Shown in pieces: positions 19,621 to 29,412 of a stretch of 64,000 bases of DNA. The notes under the pieces are model-generated. The model searched no databases. It had not been told where the DNA came from and saw nothing but the letters and a program-made list of their open reading frames with translations. Made by a program: the position numbers and the translations under genes. The stretch spans positions 1-64,000 of the forward strand of contig CALSPG010000008.1 in assembly GCA_943788175.1 (NCBI GenBank), in the 5' to 3' direction. Numbering within the stretch: the first letter of the stretch is position 1; every line of letters starts with the position of its first letter. Source of the stretch: an uncultured bacterium (GTDB taxonomy: Bacteria > Fidelibacterota > Marinisomatia > Marinisomatales > UBA1611).

Positions 19621-19845
19621 GGTTCAATTTCCACTACAGATTCACTGGTAAAGTTTCATTTATAGAGGGTTTTCAGCCTGCTTTGGGAGCAGGAGGTCGG
19701 GAGTTTGAATCTCTCCACCCCGACGCTATTAAGCCTTGTTTCTCGAGAAGAAATGAGGCTTTTGTCTTTTATACCTGTTTTAGGCTGATCTCCTTAAAAA
19801 TACACTAAAAAGCACTAAATGCACTGGTAATACACTGGTCATTTT
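19621..19845 (+). repeat. att unit 5: left arm, tRNA-Pro fragment (19676-19724), right arm
   Basis: Same unit; T-loop variant GTTTGAAT. Confidence 0.9.
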
Positions 19846-19900
19846 ATGTTTGTGGGATAAAAGTTAAATTTTATTTAGAACTAATATTTTATATATCTAA

Positions 19901-20296
19901 ATGCAACCTAAATTAAAAAATATAGACCACATCCATATTTTTGTTACCGATAGACAAGAAGCCCTTAGGTGGTATGAAAATGTCTTAGGATTGAAGCCAA
20001 TAAGAAATTTATTATTTTGGGCAAAGACTGGTCCTCTAACTATTGGAAATGAGGAGGGTAGTGTTCATATTGCTCTTTTTGAAGGTAAGCCAAATGAGAA
20101 TAGGTCTGTTATTGCATTTAATACTGGTGGAGAAGAATTTATTAATTGGCATAAAAAAATAAATCATTTAGTAGAAGGTAATGTAGGATTAGAGGATCAT
20201 AGTGTTTCATTTTCAATATATTTTCAAGACCCATATGGGAATCCCTATGAAATCACATCTTATGACTATGAAATTATTGAAAATCATTACAAATAA
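19901..20296 (+). CDS. VOC/glyoxalase family protein
   Basis: IDHIHIFV...WYENVLG...YFQDPYGNPYEI. Confidence 0.9.
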   Translation: MQPKLKNIDHIHIFVTDRQEALRWYENVLGLKPIRNLLFWAKTGPLTIGNEEGSVHIALFEGKPNENRSVIAFNTGGEEFINWHKKINHLVEGNVGLEDHSVSFSIYFQDPYGNPYEITSYDYEIIENHYK

Positions 20297-20443
20297 AACC
20301 TCACTCTGCAAATTCGTGTGGTTTTTTGTTTGTGGGATGATGGGTGAGTCTTAACAATGGTTAATAACAAATTACATTTAATGAGTATTTTAAGCATTTG
20401 ATACGATTTATGTGTATAATCAACTAATTAAAAGAAAATATTT

Positions 20444-21694
20444 ATGAATAAAATTTTCGTGACATCATTTATTATATTATTTAAGTCTATATCATTTGCT
20501 GATTGCATAGATGAATCGAATATATCAGACGATTTCTCTTGTATTGAAATATGGAACCCTGTTTGTGGATGTGATGGAATAACTTATTCCAATGATTGTT
20601 TTGCTGAAAATGCGGGCGTCACAAATTGGACTGAAGGTGAATGTCAGCAACAAGATGAAACATTAATAGAAGGTAGATGGGTAACTCAGTTTGAAGGTAA
20701 TACAATCAACACGATGTATGAATTTCTTGATGGGTTTAGATACACTTATTATTGCAACGATTCTAACAATAATTGTGATTCAACTTATTGGAATTCATTG
20801 GATACCAGTGATGCCCTTCCTACCATAAATCCCTATACAGTATATGATAGTACACTATCTATTGATCTACATTTTGGAACTATAGCCACCTATACTATTG
20901 GCTTTAGATGTGATGGTCAGCAGGTAGATTTTTATTATGATGAGGATGATTTATCTGAAGGTCTCCATTCTTCTATGGCTAGAGTAGGGTTTGATTATGT
21001 TAATAGTGAATGTCAGCAACAAGATGAAACATTAATAGAAGGTAGATGGTTATGGAACTATGGAGGATTTACATACTCGGCAAGCACGATGTATGAATTT
21101 CTTGATGGGTTTAGATACACTTATTATTGCAACGATTCTAACAATGATTGTGATTTTACTTATTGGAATTCATTGGATACTAGTGATGCGATTCCAAACC
21201 CAAACCCATATACCTTTATAAATAATACTTTAACTATTAATTTATTTTTTGGAAATACTTGGGAAACATTAGTTACTTTTGAATGCAATGGGGATATAGC
21301 CTCATTCAGCGAGGATGCTTCCAATTATTGGTGGCGAGCAAGTTTAGATACTAATAATTGTGAATATCTAATAAGTGAGCAACAACTTACATTGTCAAAA
21401 AATATTAATATTCCTAAAAAGTTTACCATATATCAAAACTATCCCAATCCATTTAACCCAGTTACTAGGTTAAGTTATGATTTACCTGAAGATTTATTTG
21501 TTAGTATCACTATTTATGATATGCTTGGTAATGTTGTAAATAATCTTGTAAACACCAAACAATCATCTGGATATAAATCTGTTCAATGGAATGCTACAGA
21601 TAATCTTGGTCAACCAGTTTCTGCAGGAGTGTATCTTTATAGTATTGAAACAAAGGATTTTAGGCAAACTAAAAAGATGATATTATTAAAGTAG
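20444..21694 (+). CDS. Secreted protein: Kazal domain, duplicated module and CTD
   Basis: CIEIWNPVCGCDGITYSNDC; ECQQQDETLIEGRW x2; CTD. Confidence 0.88.
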   Translation: MNKIFVTSFIILFKSISFADCIDESNISDDFSCIEIWNPVCGCDGITYSNDCFAENAGVTNWTEGECQQQDETLIEGRWVTQFEGNTINTMYEFLDGFRYTYYCNDSNNNCDSTYWNSLDTSDALPTINPYTVYDSTLSIDLHFGTIATYTIGFRCDGQQVDFYYDEDDLSEGLHSSMARVGFDYVNSECQQQDETLIEGRWLWNYGGFTYSASTMYEFLDGFRYTYYCNDSNNDCDFTYWNSLDTSDAIPNPNPYTFINNTLTINLFFGNTWETLVTFECNGDIASFSEDASNYWWRASLDTNNCEYLISEQQLTLSKNINIPKKFTIYQNYPNPFNPVTRLSYDLPEDLFVSITIYDMLGNVVNNLVNTKQSSGYKSVQWNATDNLGQPVSAGVYLYSIETKDFRQTKKMILLK

Positions 21695-21766
21695 AAATTT
21701 CTCTATGCATAAACCCCCACATTCGTGGGGTTTTTTGTTTGTGGGATGATGGGTAGATTTTTATAT

Positions 21767-22219
21767 ATGAGAATAGAATCTTACCAGCAAAAGCATTTTG
21801 AAAGTTGTATGGAAATTATTCAAAGTAATACCCCCAAATATATTTTACCTTTTGAGCATTTAGATTACAAAAATTATTTATTAAGAAAAAACAAAACATA
21901 TTTTGTTTTTTTTAAAAATAATAATCTCGTTGCGTGTGGTGGTTATGGTTTAAATAAAACAAAAACAAAAGCAGGATTGTGCTGGGGGTTAGTTCATAGA
22001 AGATACCATAACCAAGGATTTGGAAGTCAATCGATTAAATATAGATTAAATCATATTATGATTAATTATCCAGAAATTGAAATACATTTAGATACAAGCC
22101 AACATACTCATCAATTTTTCGAGAAATTTGGTTTTATTACCGAACAAATAACAAAAAATGGATATGGTGAAGGACTAGACAAGTATGATATGACTTTAAA
22201 TAAAGATTCAAATCTATGA
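21767..22219 (+). CDS. GNAT N-acetyltransferase (copy 2)
   Basis: Same length (453 nt) and sequence family as 16437-16889. Confidence 0.88.
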   Translation: MRIESYQQKHFESCMEIIQSNTPKYILPFEHLDYKNYLLRKNKTYFVFFKNNNLVACGGYGLNKTKTKAGLCWGLVHRRYHNQGFGSQSIKYRLNHIMINYPEIEIHLDTSQHTHQFFEKFGFITEQITKNGYGEGLDKYDMTLNKDSNL

Positions 22220-22254
22220 TATTTTCACATTTATGGGGTTTAATGTTCAAAGTT

Positions 22255-22614
22255 TTATCTTAATATTTTATCTAAATCTTTTCCTTTTGCCAACTCATCT
22301 ACCAATTTATCTAGATATCTTACCTGCTTAGTTATTGGGTTTTTAACTTCTTCTACTTTAATACCACATATAGTGCCAGTAATTAGATGAGCATTTTTAT
22401 TTAAAGTTGCATTCATAAAGAATGATTCAAATGTAACATTCTGCTCAATAAATTTTTCCAGTTCCTCAAATTTAAAACCTGTTAACCATTCAATTACTTT
22501 GTGTAGTTCATCTTTACTTCGGGTTTTTTTCTCAATCTTATCAACATAATGAGGATAAATAGATGCAAATGTCATTTTTGCAATTCTTTGGTCTTGTTTA
22601 GATGTGGAACTCAT
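22255..22614 (-). CDS. DUF2200 family protein
   Basis: MTFASIYPHY..K.EKK.R...VIEWLTG...RYLDKLVDELAKGK. Confidence 0.9.
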   Translation of the reverse strand: MSSTSKQDQRIAKMTFASIYPHYVDKIEKKTRSKDELHKVIEWLTGFKFEELEKFIEQNVTFESFFMNATLNKNAHLITGTICGIKVEEVKNPITKQVRYLDKLVDELAKGKDLDKILR

Positions 22615-22715
22615 TATAGTTATCTAATAAAACTAACATAATATGTCTATATATTGGTTGGATTTTTTATTTTAGGTATAATATCTAAATTAAAAGATAA
22701 AATAAAGGGTAAAAT

Positions 22716-23030
22716 ATGAAAATCGAAACTAAAAGTATGTTTCTTGGTATTGCATTGGGTGGTATTGGTGTTTTTTCTATATTATTTCTCACAGGTAATG
22801 TTGAGACAGAATTTTTTTTATCGACAGGAGATAATAATCAAAATAAAAATATTGAAGTAAGTATTGAACGAACAATTGAGAATGGTGAAGATTTAACAAA
22901 TGTTGTTATAAAAGGTGAAGGTGATGTTACTAGAAAGGAACTAGAAGAGGAGTTAGATAGAATGCTTGAAAAACAAGGTATAGATAAAGCAAAAACAAAA
23001 TTGAAAATTGAAATGAAAATACAAAGTTAA
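22716..23030 (+). CDS. Hypothetical membrane-anchored protein
   Basis: N-terminal TM helix; followed by junction repeat. Confidence 0.7.
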   Translation: MKIETKSMFLGIALGGIGVFSILFLTGNVETEFFLSTGDNNQNKNIEVSIERTIENGEDLTNVVIKGEGDVTRKELEEELDRMLEKQGIDKAKTKLKIEMKIQS

Positions 23031-23087
23031 TTTATCATCAAGCCCCACATTTGTGGTTTTTTTCTTAGTTGAATGATGGGCAGATAT

Positions 23088-23381
23088 TCAATTTCCAGCA
23101 AATGGCGTCCCAAATAAACCAACTCCAAGTTCAGCCCAAATAAGGAGAAATATCATTATAATGATTGCGATAAATATATTTCTGTATTTATAGTATTTAA
23201 TCTTTTTAATTATTATTCCAAGTGCTAGACCAGTAATAGAAAGCATTATCCCCATAATTATAAAATCAAAAAAAGACCAGTTTACTTCATCGGTTAATTG
23301 CATCGCTATCAATGGGATTAAAAGTAAGAGCCCAACTATAGGCAAGATTTTAATCATCATATTTAACAGAAAATATAACAT
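23088..23381 (-). CDS. Small membrane protein (copy 2; start uncertain)
   Basis: Paralog of 16938-17231; 5' part identical at DNA level. Confidence 0.8.
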   Translation of the reverse strand: MLYFLLNMMIKILPIVGLLLLIPLIAMQLTDEVNWSFFDFIIMGIMLSITGLALGIIIKKIKYYKYRNIFIAIIIMIFLLIWAELGVGLFGTPFAGN

Positions 23382-23487
23382 TTGTATTCTCATACCTTCA
23401 TTTGTATAAATCAGTTCCACATTCGTGGGGTTTTTTGTTTATATAACTAAACGCACTGGTAATACACTGGTCATTTAGTAGAGATAA

Positions 23488-23694
23488 TTAAGTTTGACAA
23501 GTATCTACACCAAAGACTTTATAAATCATACAGGCACCGCTAATAGCATTAAATAATAAAATTGCACCTACACCGCAGATAATAAATGTGTATGTGGAAG
23601 AACCAAGAATAATTGGTGCGGGGATTAAAAATAATGATACAATAAACCTTAAAATTCTCTCCGCTTTATTTTGATTTGTTTTAAAAAGTTCCAT
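23488..23694 (-). CDS. DUF2892/YgaP-like membrane protein
   Basis: NQNKAERILR...GAC.IYKVFGVDTC. Confidence 0.85.
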   Translation of the reverse strand: MELFKTNQNKAERILRFIVSLFLIPAPIILGSSTYTFIICGVGAILLFNAISGACMIYKVFGVDTCQT

Positions 23695-23892
23695 TTGTTA
23701 ACCTTTGTTTTTATGAAATATATTTCATCCATTTCGTTATATAATATTAATCCTTAGTGAACTTTTTTATAAATATATTTTTAAAAAATCTTTCAGGGAA
23801 AACGCTCTGGTAATACACTTGTAATATAGTAGGTGTTTTTTGTTTGCGGGCTGATGACTAAATTCATTTTAAAAATAAAGGGTGTAATAAAT

Positions 23893-24333
23893 ATGTCAAA
23901 ACCAAAAATACCTATGATTGTAATTTCAGTTTTTCTTTTAATAAATGCTGTGCCTATGATAATGATCCCTGTTGCATTCGATAAGGATTATATTGAAGAT
24001 AATATGAAAAGTCCCAATACTGAAGAAGGGAAAGTTTACGAAGGTTTAGCAGCGCACAATAAAGCAGGGTTAGGTGCGGCTTTTGCTGCTCTTGCTATTG
24101 TTTTGTTAATGCATCTAAATCACCCTTCTAGAGTTGCAAAACGAATTTTGTTATCTGTTGGACTTGGACTTATCGGCATATTTGTAGTAATTGGTTTAGG
24201 AGGACTTCGTGGTTTAGTAGATGCACCTCCTATGATTCCACTAATTATGGGAGCAATTATTGGTGGAGTTAGTATTTGGGTTTATAATACTCCAGATGAT
24301 GTAGAATCTGTTATATCCAAAGAGGAAGAATAG
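23893..24333 (+). CDS. Hypothetical four-TM membrane protein
   Basis: Hydrophobic helices; followed by junction repeat. Confidence 0.75.
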   Translation: MSKPKIPMIVISVFLLINAVPMIMIPVAFDKDYIEDNMKSPNTEEGKVYEGLAAHNKAGLGAAFAALAIVLLMHLNHPSRVAKRILLSVGLGLIGIFVVIGLGGLRGLVDAPPMIPLIMGAIIGGVSIWVYNTPDDVESVISKEEE

Positions 24334-24421
24334 TTAGTATTCTGAAAAATTTAATGTAATGACAACATCAAGCCCCACATTCGTGGGGTTTTTTATTTAT
24401 AACAATGATAATTTTATTTGG

Positions 24422-25204
24422 ATGAAATTAGAGCTATATCAAGTTGATGCATTTGCAAATAGAGTATTTGAAGGAAACCCTGCAGCAGTTGTGCCTTTAG
24501 ATAAATGGTTACCAAAATCAAAGATGCAATCTATTGCTCAAGAAAATAATTTATCAGAAACTGCATTTTTTTGTAAATCCGATGAAAGTTTTGATTTAAG
24601 ATGGTTTACGCCTAACAGAGAAGTAGAATTATGTGGGCATGCCACTTTGGCTTCAGCATTCGTCATATTCAACTTTCTTGATTATAAAATGGATAAAATT
24701 TCATTTAAATCATTATCAGGTATGCTATATGTAGAAAAAAGCGGTGACATAATGAAAATGGATCTTCCATCTCAGAAACCTATAAAATGTAATATTCCAG
24801 AACTATTAGAGGTTGGTTTAGGAACTAAGCCCGAGGCTTGCTATTTCAATGAAGACTACGTTGCAGTTTTTGAAAATGAAAATAATATTATTTCTATCGA
24901 ACCAAACTTTCAAAAATTAAAAAGGCTTAATTCTAGGGGTGTAATAATCACTGCTCCAGGAAATAAATATGACTTTGTCTCTAGGGCATTTTTCCCCAAA
25001 TATTCAATTTTAGAGGACCCAGTTACAGGGTCTGCACATACTAAATTGATTCCCTATTGGTTTGAAAGAACTGGTAAAAAAGAATTTATTTCAAAACAGA
25101 TATCTAAAAGAGGTGGAGAATTATTTTGTGAATATGATGGGGAACGAGTATTTATATCAGGTTATGCTAAAATGTATATGAAAGGAGAAATACATATTGA
25201 TTAA
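24422..25204 (+). CDS. PhzF-family isomerase/epimerase
   Basis: QVDAF...GNPAAV, NLSETAF, LCGHATLA, EDPVTGSAH. Confidence 0.95.
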   Translation: MKLELYQVDAFANRVFEGNPAAVVPLDKWLPKSKMQSIAQENNLSETAFFCKSDESFDLRWFTPNREVELCGHATLASAFVIFNFLDYKMDKISFKSLSGMLYVEKSGDIMKMDLPSQKPIKCNIPELLEVGLGTKPEACYFNEDYVAVFENENNIISIEPNFQKLKRLNSRGVIITAPGNKYDFVSRAFFPKYSILEDPVTGSAHTKLIPYWFERTGKKEFISKQISKRGGELFCEYDGERVFISGYAKMYMKGEIHID

Positions 25205-25207
25205 AAT

Positions 25208-25341
25208 TGTTCGATTTTAACTACAAGTACACTTGTAAAGTTTCATATATAGAGGCTTTTTGCTTTCTTATCTGATTTAGAGAGATTTCCTCAAAAACAT
25301 CCTAAACAGCACTAAATACACTGGTAATACAGCGGTCAATT
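25208..25341 (+). repeat. Degenerate att unit lacking the tRNA core
   Basis: Left arm (CACTTGTAAAGTTTCATATATAGAGG) joined to right arm (CACTAAATACACTGGTAATACAGCGGTCA). Confidence 0.75.
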
Positions 25342-25453
25342 TCTATTATATATTTTCGTTTTAATTCAATCAAAATTGAAAGGTTTAAACTGAAATAATT
25401 TTTAACTTTCATTCTGTATATGTTTCTAATTATGAAAATAATTATCAACAATA

Positions 25454-26596
25454 ATGGTATCTGATGTGAAGGTAAAACTGTGCGTGATTTTGCTGATTGG
25501 ATTTTGTTATGGTCAACTTTTTGAATTGACTCATGATAATGATTCTAGAATTTATTGGGTTGATTATCCTGATAACCCAACAGAGCCGGTGCCATTAGTA
25601 ATTAGTATGCATGGTCGAAACCAGTCGTTACTTTCTCATATTTCGTACAGTCAAATGTCTAGTTTTGCAAACCCTCAAAATATAGCGGTTGTATACCCTC
25701 AAGGAATAAACTCCACAGGTGCGCTTGCATGGAATACGGGTGTTTGGTGGGATAATTCTGAATATGATGATGTAGGCTATTTAAACGCAGTAATTGATAG
25801 CGTTATTTCAAATTTTGCAATTGATACAAATCGTATATACGCTTGTGGTATGTCTAATGGTGGTTTTATGGCTTACGAACTAGCATGTGAACTTTCTGAT
25901 AGGATTGTCGCATTTGGTTCAGTTGCTGGTAATTTTATGATGAATGTTGATCAAGGATGTGCAAATGCAAGGGAGATTCCAATTATGCATATACATGGTA
26001 CATCAGATTTAATTGTTAATTATAACGCTCCTACAATTGATTCGTCTATGACCGCAATAGAAGCAATGGCTTGGTGGTCAATAGAAAATAATTTAACTGA
26101 ACAATCTTTAGAAGAATTAAATGACAGTGTAAATGTTTTCACAAATTCATCTTTGACTTCAAATACAAAGTTTGTCCATTATCAGGTGCAAGGTGGTGGT
26201 CACCTATGGTTCAATTATAATTGGGGATTTCATGCTTCAGAAGAATTATTAAACTTTTTCATGCAGTATAGTATGACTGATTTTTCTTTGTCATCCAAAG
26301 AAAGTGAACTTGCACCTAAAAAATTTGCTTTAATCCAAAATTATCCAAACCCATTTAACCCATTAACAAATATAAGTTATGAGTTACGAAAGAATTCATT
26401 TGTTAGCATTACCATTTATGATATGCTTGGTAATGTGGTAAATGATATTGTTAGCACTAAGCAATCATCTGGCTATAAAACAGTACAATGGAATGCTACA
26501 GATAATCTAGGAAAGCCTGTATCAGCAGGATTATATCTCTATAGTATAGAAGCAGCAGATTTTAGGCAAACTAAAAAGATGATTTTGTTAAAATAG
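25454..26596 (+). CDS. Secreted esterase (PHB depolymerase/LpqC-like) with CTD
   Basis: PLVISMHG, GMSNGG nucleophile, HGTSD, GGGH.W; CTD. Confidence 0.9.
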   Translation: MVSDVKVKLCVILLIGFCYGQLFELTHDNDSRIYWVDYPDNPTEPVPLVISMHGRNQSLLSHISYSQMSSFANPQNIAVVYPQGINSTGALAWNTGVWWDNSEYDDVGYLNAVIDSVISNFAIDTNRIYACGMSNGGFMAYELACELSDRIVAFGSVAGNFMMNVDQGCANAREIPIMHIHGTSDLIVNYNAPTIDSSMTAIEAMAWWSIENNLTEQSLEELNDSVNVFTNSSLTSNTKFVHYQVQGGGHLWFNYNWGFHASEELLNFFMQYSMTDFSLSSKESELAPKKFALIQNYPNPFNPLTNISYELRKNSFVSITIYDMLGNVVNDIVSTKQSSGYKTVQWNATDNLGKPVSAGLYLYSIEAADFRQTKKMILLK

Positions 26597-26676
26597 AAAT
26601 CCCTTACAGTATCATACCCCACATTTGTGGTTTTTTTTACTACATATACACATTGTAATATCAAAAGGTTTAATAT

Positions 26677-27372
26677 TTAGGCTGTTTTAGTTGAATCGCC
26701 ACAAAAAGTATTTGCTGGTACCGCTATATCAAACTTTTTTGGATATGGTCTATCTTTCTTTAATTCACTTTTTATATAATCATCTAGGCTTGTACCATTA
26801 TTGATACTTTGATTCCATTTTTTTTCTTGTTTGATTGTAGATGATGTAATGCCTTTATAATCATGTGCTGGGAAGACTACTGTTTCATCAGGCAAACGAT
26901 ATAACTTAGTTTTAATACTATCAAATGAACTTTGTGCAGAGCCACCTTGGAAGTCTGTTCTCCCGGCACCTCTAATAAATAAAGTATCACCTGTAAAAAC
27001 ATTTTTTCCAGCAAATATTGATATACATCCAGCAGTGTGTCCAGGCGTGTGAATAATTTTTAATTCTAACTTTCCAACCCTTAGTATTTCACCATCTTTT
27101 AAAAATAGGTCGGCGCCTTTCACTTCATTTTTATCTCCATAAACTATTTTAGAATTAAACTTTTTCTTCAAAAGGTATGCTGAAGTGATGTGATCAGCGT
27201 GTATATGTGTTTCTATTATAAAATGAAGTGTCAATCCTAGATCATCAATAATAAAAGAATCTCTTTCAAATTGTTCTTTTACTGGATCTATTATTACTGC
27301 ATTTTTATTTTCATCATTTAGTAGATAGGTATAAGTGTATGACTCTCGATCAAATAGTTGAGTAATTTTCAT
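26677..27372 (-). CDS. MBL-fold persulfide dioxygenase (ETHE1-like)
   Basis: ETHIHADHIT, TPGHT.GC, GDTLFIRG.GRTDFQ, PAHDY. Confidence 0.9.
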   Translation of the reverse strand: MKITQLFDRESYTYTYLLNDENKNAVIIDPVKEQFERDSFIIDDLGLTLHFIIETHIHADHITSAYLLKKKFNSKIVYGDKNEVKGADLFLKDGEILRVGKLELKIIHTPGHTAGCISIFAGKNVFTGDTLFIRGAGRTDFQGGSAQSSFDSIKTKLYRLPDETVVFPAHDYKGITSSTIKQEKKWNQSINNGTSLDDYIKSELKKDRPYPKKFDIAVPANTFCGDSTKTA

Positions 27373-27433
27373 TTCCAAAATTAAGGAATATTTACTTTAT
27401 GCTCCAGACTTACAGCTTTTTATTTAAAAAATA

Positions 27434-27680
27434 TTCAATTTCCAATCCAGGTATAATGGTAAAGTTTGATTTATAGATAATTTTCAGCCTGCTTTGAGAG
27501 CAGGAGGTCGGGAGTTTGAATCTCTCAACGTCCACTAATTAGAAACCCTTGACTATCATTGAGGGTTTTTGTTTTTCTATGAGTCTGTCAAAGTAGTCAA
27601 TCTTAATCTGTAATTGTTAATAGATAGTGCTGTTTTAGGGAATATATTATTTTTTACAAGTAATATACTGGTCATTTTTT
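27434..27680 (+). repeat. att unit 6, most degenerate; tRNA-Pro fragment 27487-27530
   Basis: GCCTGCTTTGAGAGCAGGAGGTCGGGAGTTTGAATCTCTC; decayed arms; different hairpin at 27543-27570. Confidence 0.8.
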
Positions 27681-27708
27681 GTTTGCGGGGTGATGGGTAG
27701 ATTTAGAT

Positions 27709-28621
27709 ATGAAAAGGCGAAAATTTATTAAGCATGGAATTATAGGTACAATTGGTGCAGGAATTATGCCTGGTTCTATATTGTCGAGTAGGGACTGTTC
27801 TATTACTTCCTCTGATATGTTGGGTCCATATTGGTCACAAAATCATCCTCAAAGAACTATCTTAGCAAATTCTGAAGAACCTGGAACTCGAATTTTTATT
27901 TCAGGTGTTGTAACTACTAATGATTGCGAAACTCCAATTCAAAATGCATTAGTGGATGTATGGCACGCAAATGATGATGGTTGTTATACTGTTTTTCAAG
28001 AATGCCAATCTGGGAACTCTAATAATGACCAATACAATTTGAGAGGTCTTATAGTTACTGACCAAAATGGATATTATGGTTTTGAATCAATATTCCCTGG
28101 ATATTATACAGGGAGACCAAGGCATTTTCATTATAAAATTACTAGCCCTTCTGGTTTAGAATTGGTCACTCAATGCTATTTTGAAGTTGACCCATTATTA
28201 GAAGAGGGCTGGGAAGAAAATCATCCCGGATTAGTAATACCCTTGGAAGAAACAGAAAATGGTTTAGTCGGCTACTTTTGATATTGTTATGAATGAAGAA
28301 GCATCTGTAGTCAGCATTGATAATAAACCTTTTACTTCACCAAATAGATTTTCTCTTGATACAGCATACCCGAATCCATTTAATAATTCAATTAAGATTG
28401 ATTTTACAATAAATAGTTTTGGGTATGTGGATATTGGCATTTATGATATAGAAGGTAAATGGATATTAAACTTAATTGGAAAAAAGATGCAGAGTGGAAA
28501 GTATAATATAGTTTGGAAAGCAGATGACAAGGCTGGAATGGAAGTTGCATCAGGTACTTATTTAGTAATGATGAAATTTGGCAGTTCAATTCAAACAAAA
28601 AAGATAACATTAATTAAGTAA
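27709..28621 (+). pseudogene. Tat-exported intradiol ring-cleavage dioxygenase-like protein fused to CTD, split by a 1-nt frameshift near 28273
   Basis: KRRKFIK Tat motif; GPY, VDVWHAN..G.Y, PGYY.GRPRHFH; frame of 28289-28621 is open upstream (TFDIV-MNEE). Confidence 0.75.
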
Positions 28622-28728
28622 TACATATTTCGGTATTAAGTCCCACATTGGTGGTTTTCTTTGTTTATAGCGCTTAATGCATTTGTTAATACACTGATTA
28701 TTTTTTGTGATTTAATAAGGTTTTTATA

Positions 28729-29355
28729 ATGAAAAACATTATGAGTAGCTACAATGGTTGGGCTCATCAATATGATAATGATATTAATCCAACCAGAGAT
28801 TTAGATAAAACTGTTACTAAGGAATTTTTATCTAAAATAGATTTTTTTAAGGTGTTGGAGTTGGGTTGTGGTTCAGGCAAGAATACTGAATGGCTCATCG
28901 CTAAGGCAGATAGTTTGATTGGTTTAGATTTTTCAAAAAAGATGCTTGACTTGGCAAGAAAAAAAATCATCTCTAAAAAAGTTACTTTTATAAATGCAGA
29001 CCTTAATGGAAAATGGCCAGTTCATAATAATTCATTTGATTTAGCAACTATTAATCTGACCCTTGAACATATTGAAGTATTAGATCATATTTTTAACTCA
29101 TTGTTTATGAAATTGAGTCAAGGTGGAAAATGTTTTGTATGTGAACTTCATCCTAAAAAACAATTAGAAGGAAGTAAGGCGCAATTTGAAAAAAATGGAA
29201 CTGATATAGTATTGGATGTATTTCAACATTCTGAAAAGGACTATATCCAAAGCGCTGAAAAAGCGGGATTTAAATTGCTTACTAAACAAGATTGGTATAG
29301 TAATGAAGAAAATTTACCCAGGTTGATTTCATTTTTATTTGAGAAACTAAAATAA
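28729..29355 (+). CDS. Class I SAM-dependent methyltransferase
   Basis: VLELGCGSG, GLDFS..ML. Confidence 0.92.
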   Translation: MKNIMSSYNGWAHQYDNDINPTRDLDKTVTKEFLSKIDFFKVLELGCGSGKNTEWLIAKADSLIGLDFSKKMLDLARKKIISKKVTFINADLNGKWPVHNNSFDLATINLTLEHIEVLDHIFNSLFMKLSQGGKCFVCELHPKKQLEGSKAQFEKNGTDIVLDVFQHSEKDYIQSAEKAGFKLLTKQDWYSNEENLPRLISFLFEKLK

Positions 29356-29412
29356 TTGTAATAGACACAACATTCGTGAATTCTATTGTATAAAATATTA
29401 GATAATTTCAAT

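Larger units (their letters stand above)
8351..27680 (+). mobile_element. Tandem array of integrase-less modules separated by attP-like tRNA-Pro units
   Basis: Six tRNA-Pro fragments with conserved flanking arms; no integrase between them. Confidence 0.7.

Noticed and set aside
16437-23440. Diversity-generating retroelement template/variable repeat pair
   Set aside because: No reverse transcriptase in the window, and differences between the duplicated copies are not restricted to adenines.
16416-24421. ORF-track starts at 16416, 17270, 21725, 23420, 23833 and 24359
   Set aside because: These extensions translate junction-repeat DNA; downstream ATGs were used instead.
7193-27680. Classical integron (IntI plus attC)
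   Set aside because: The integrase shows no evident IntI-specific insertion and abuts a tRNA att site; the repeats lack RYYYAAC...GTTRRRY ends.
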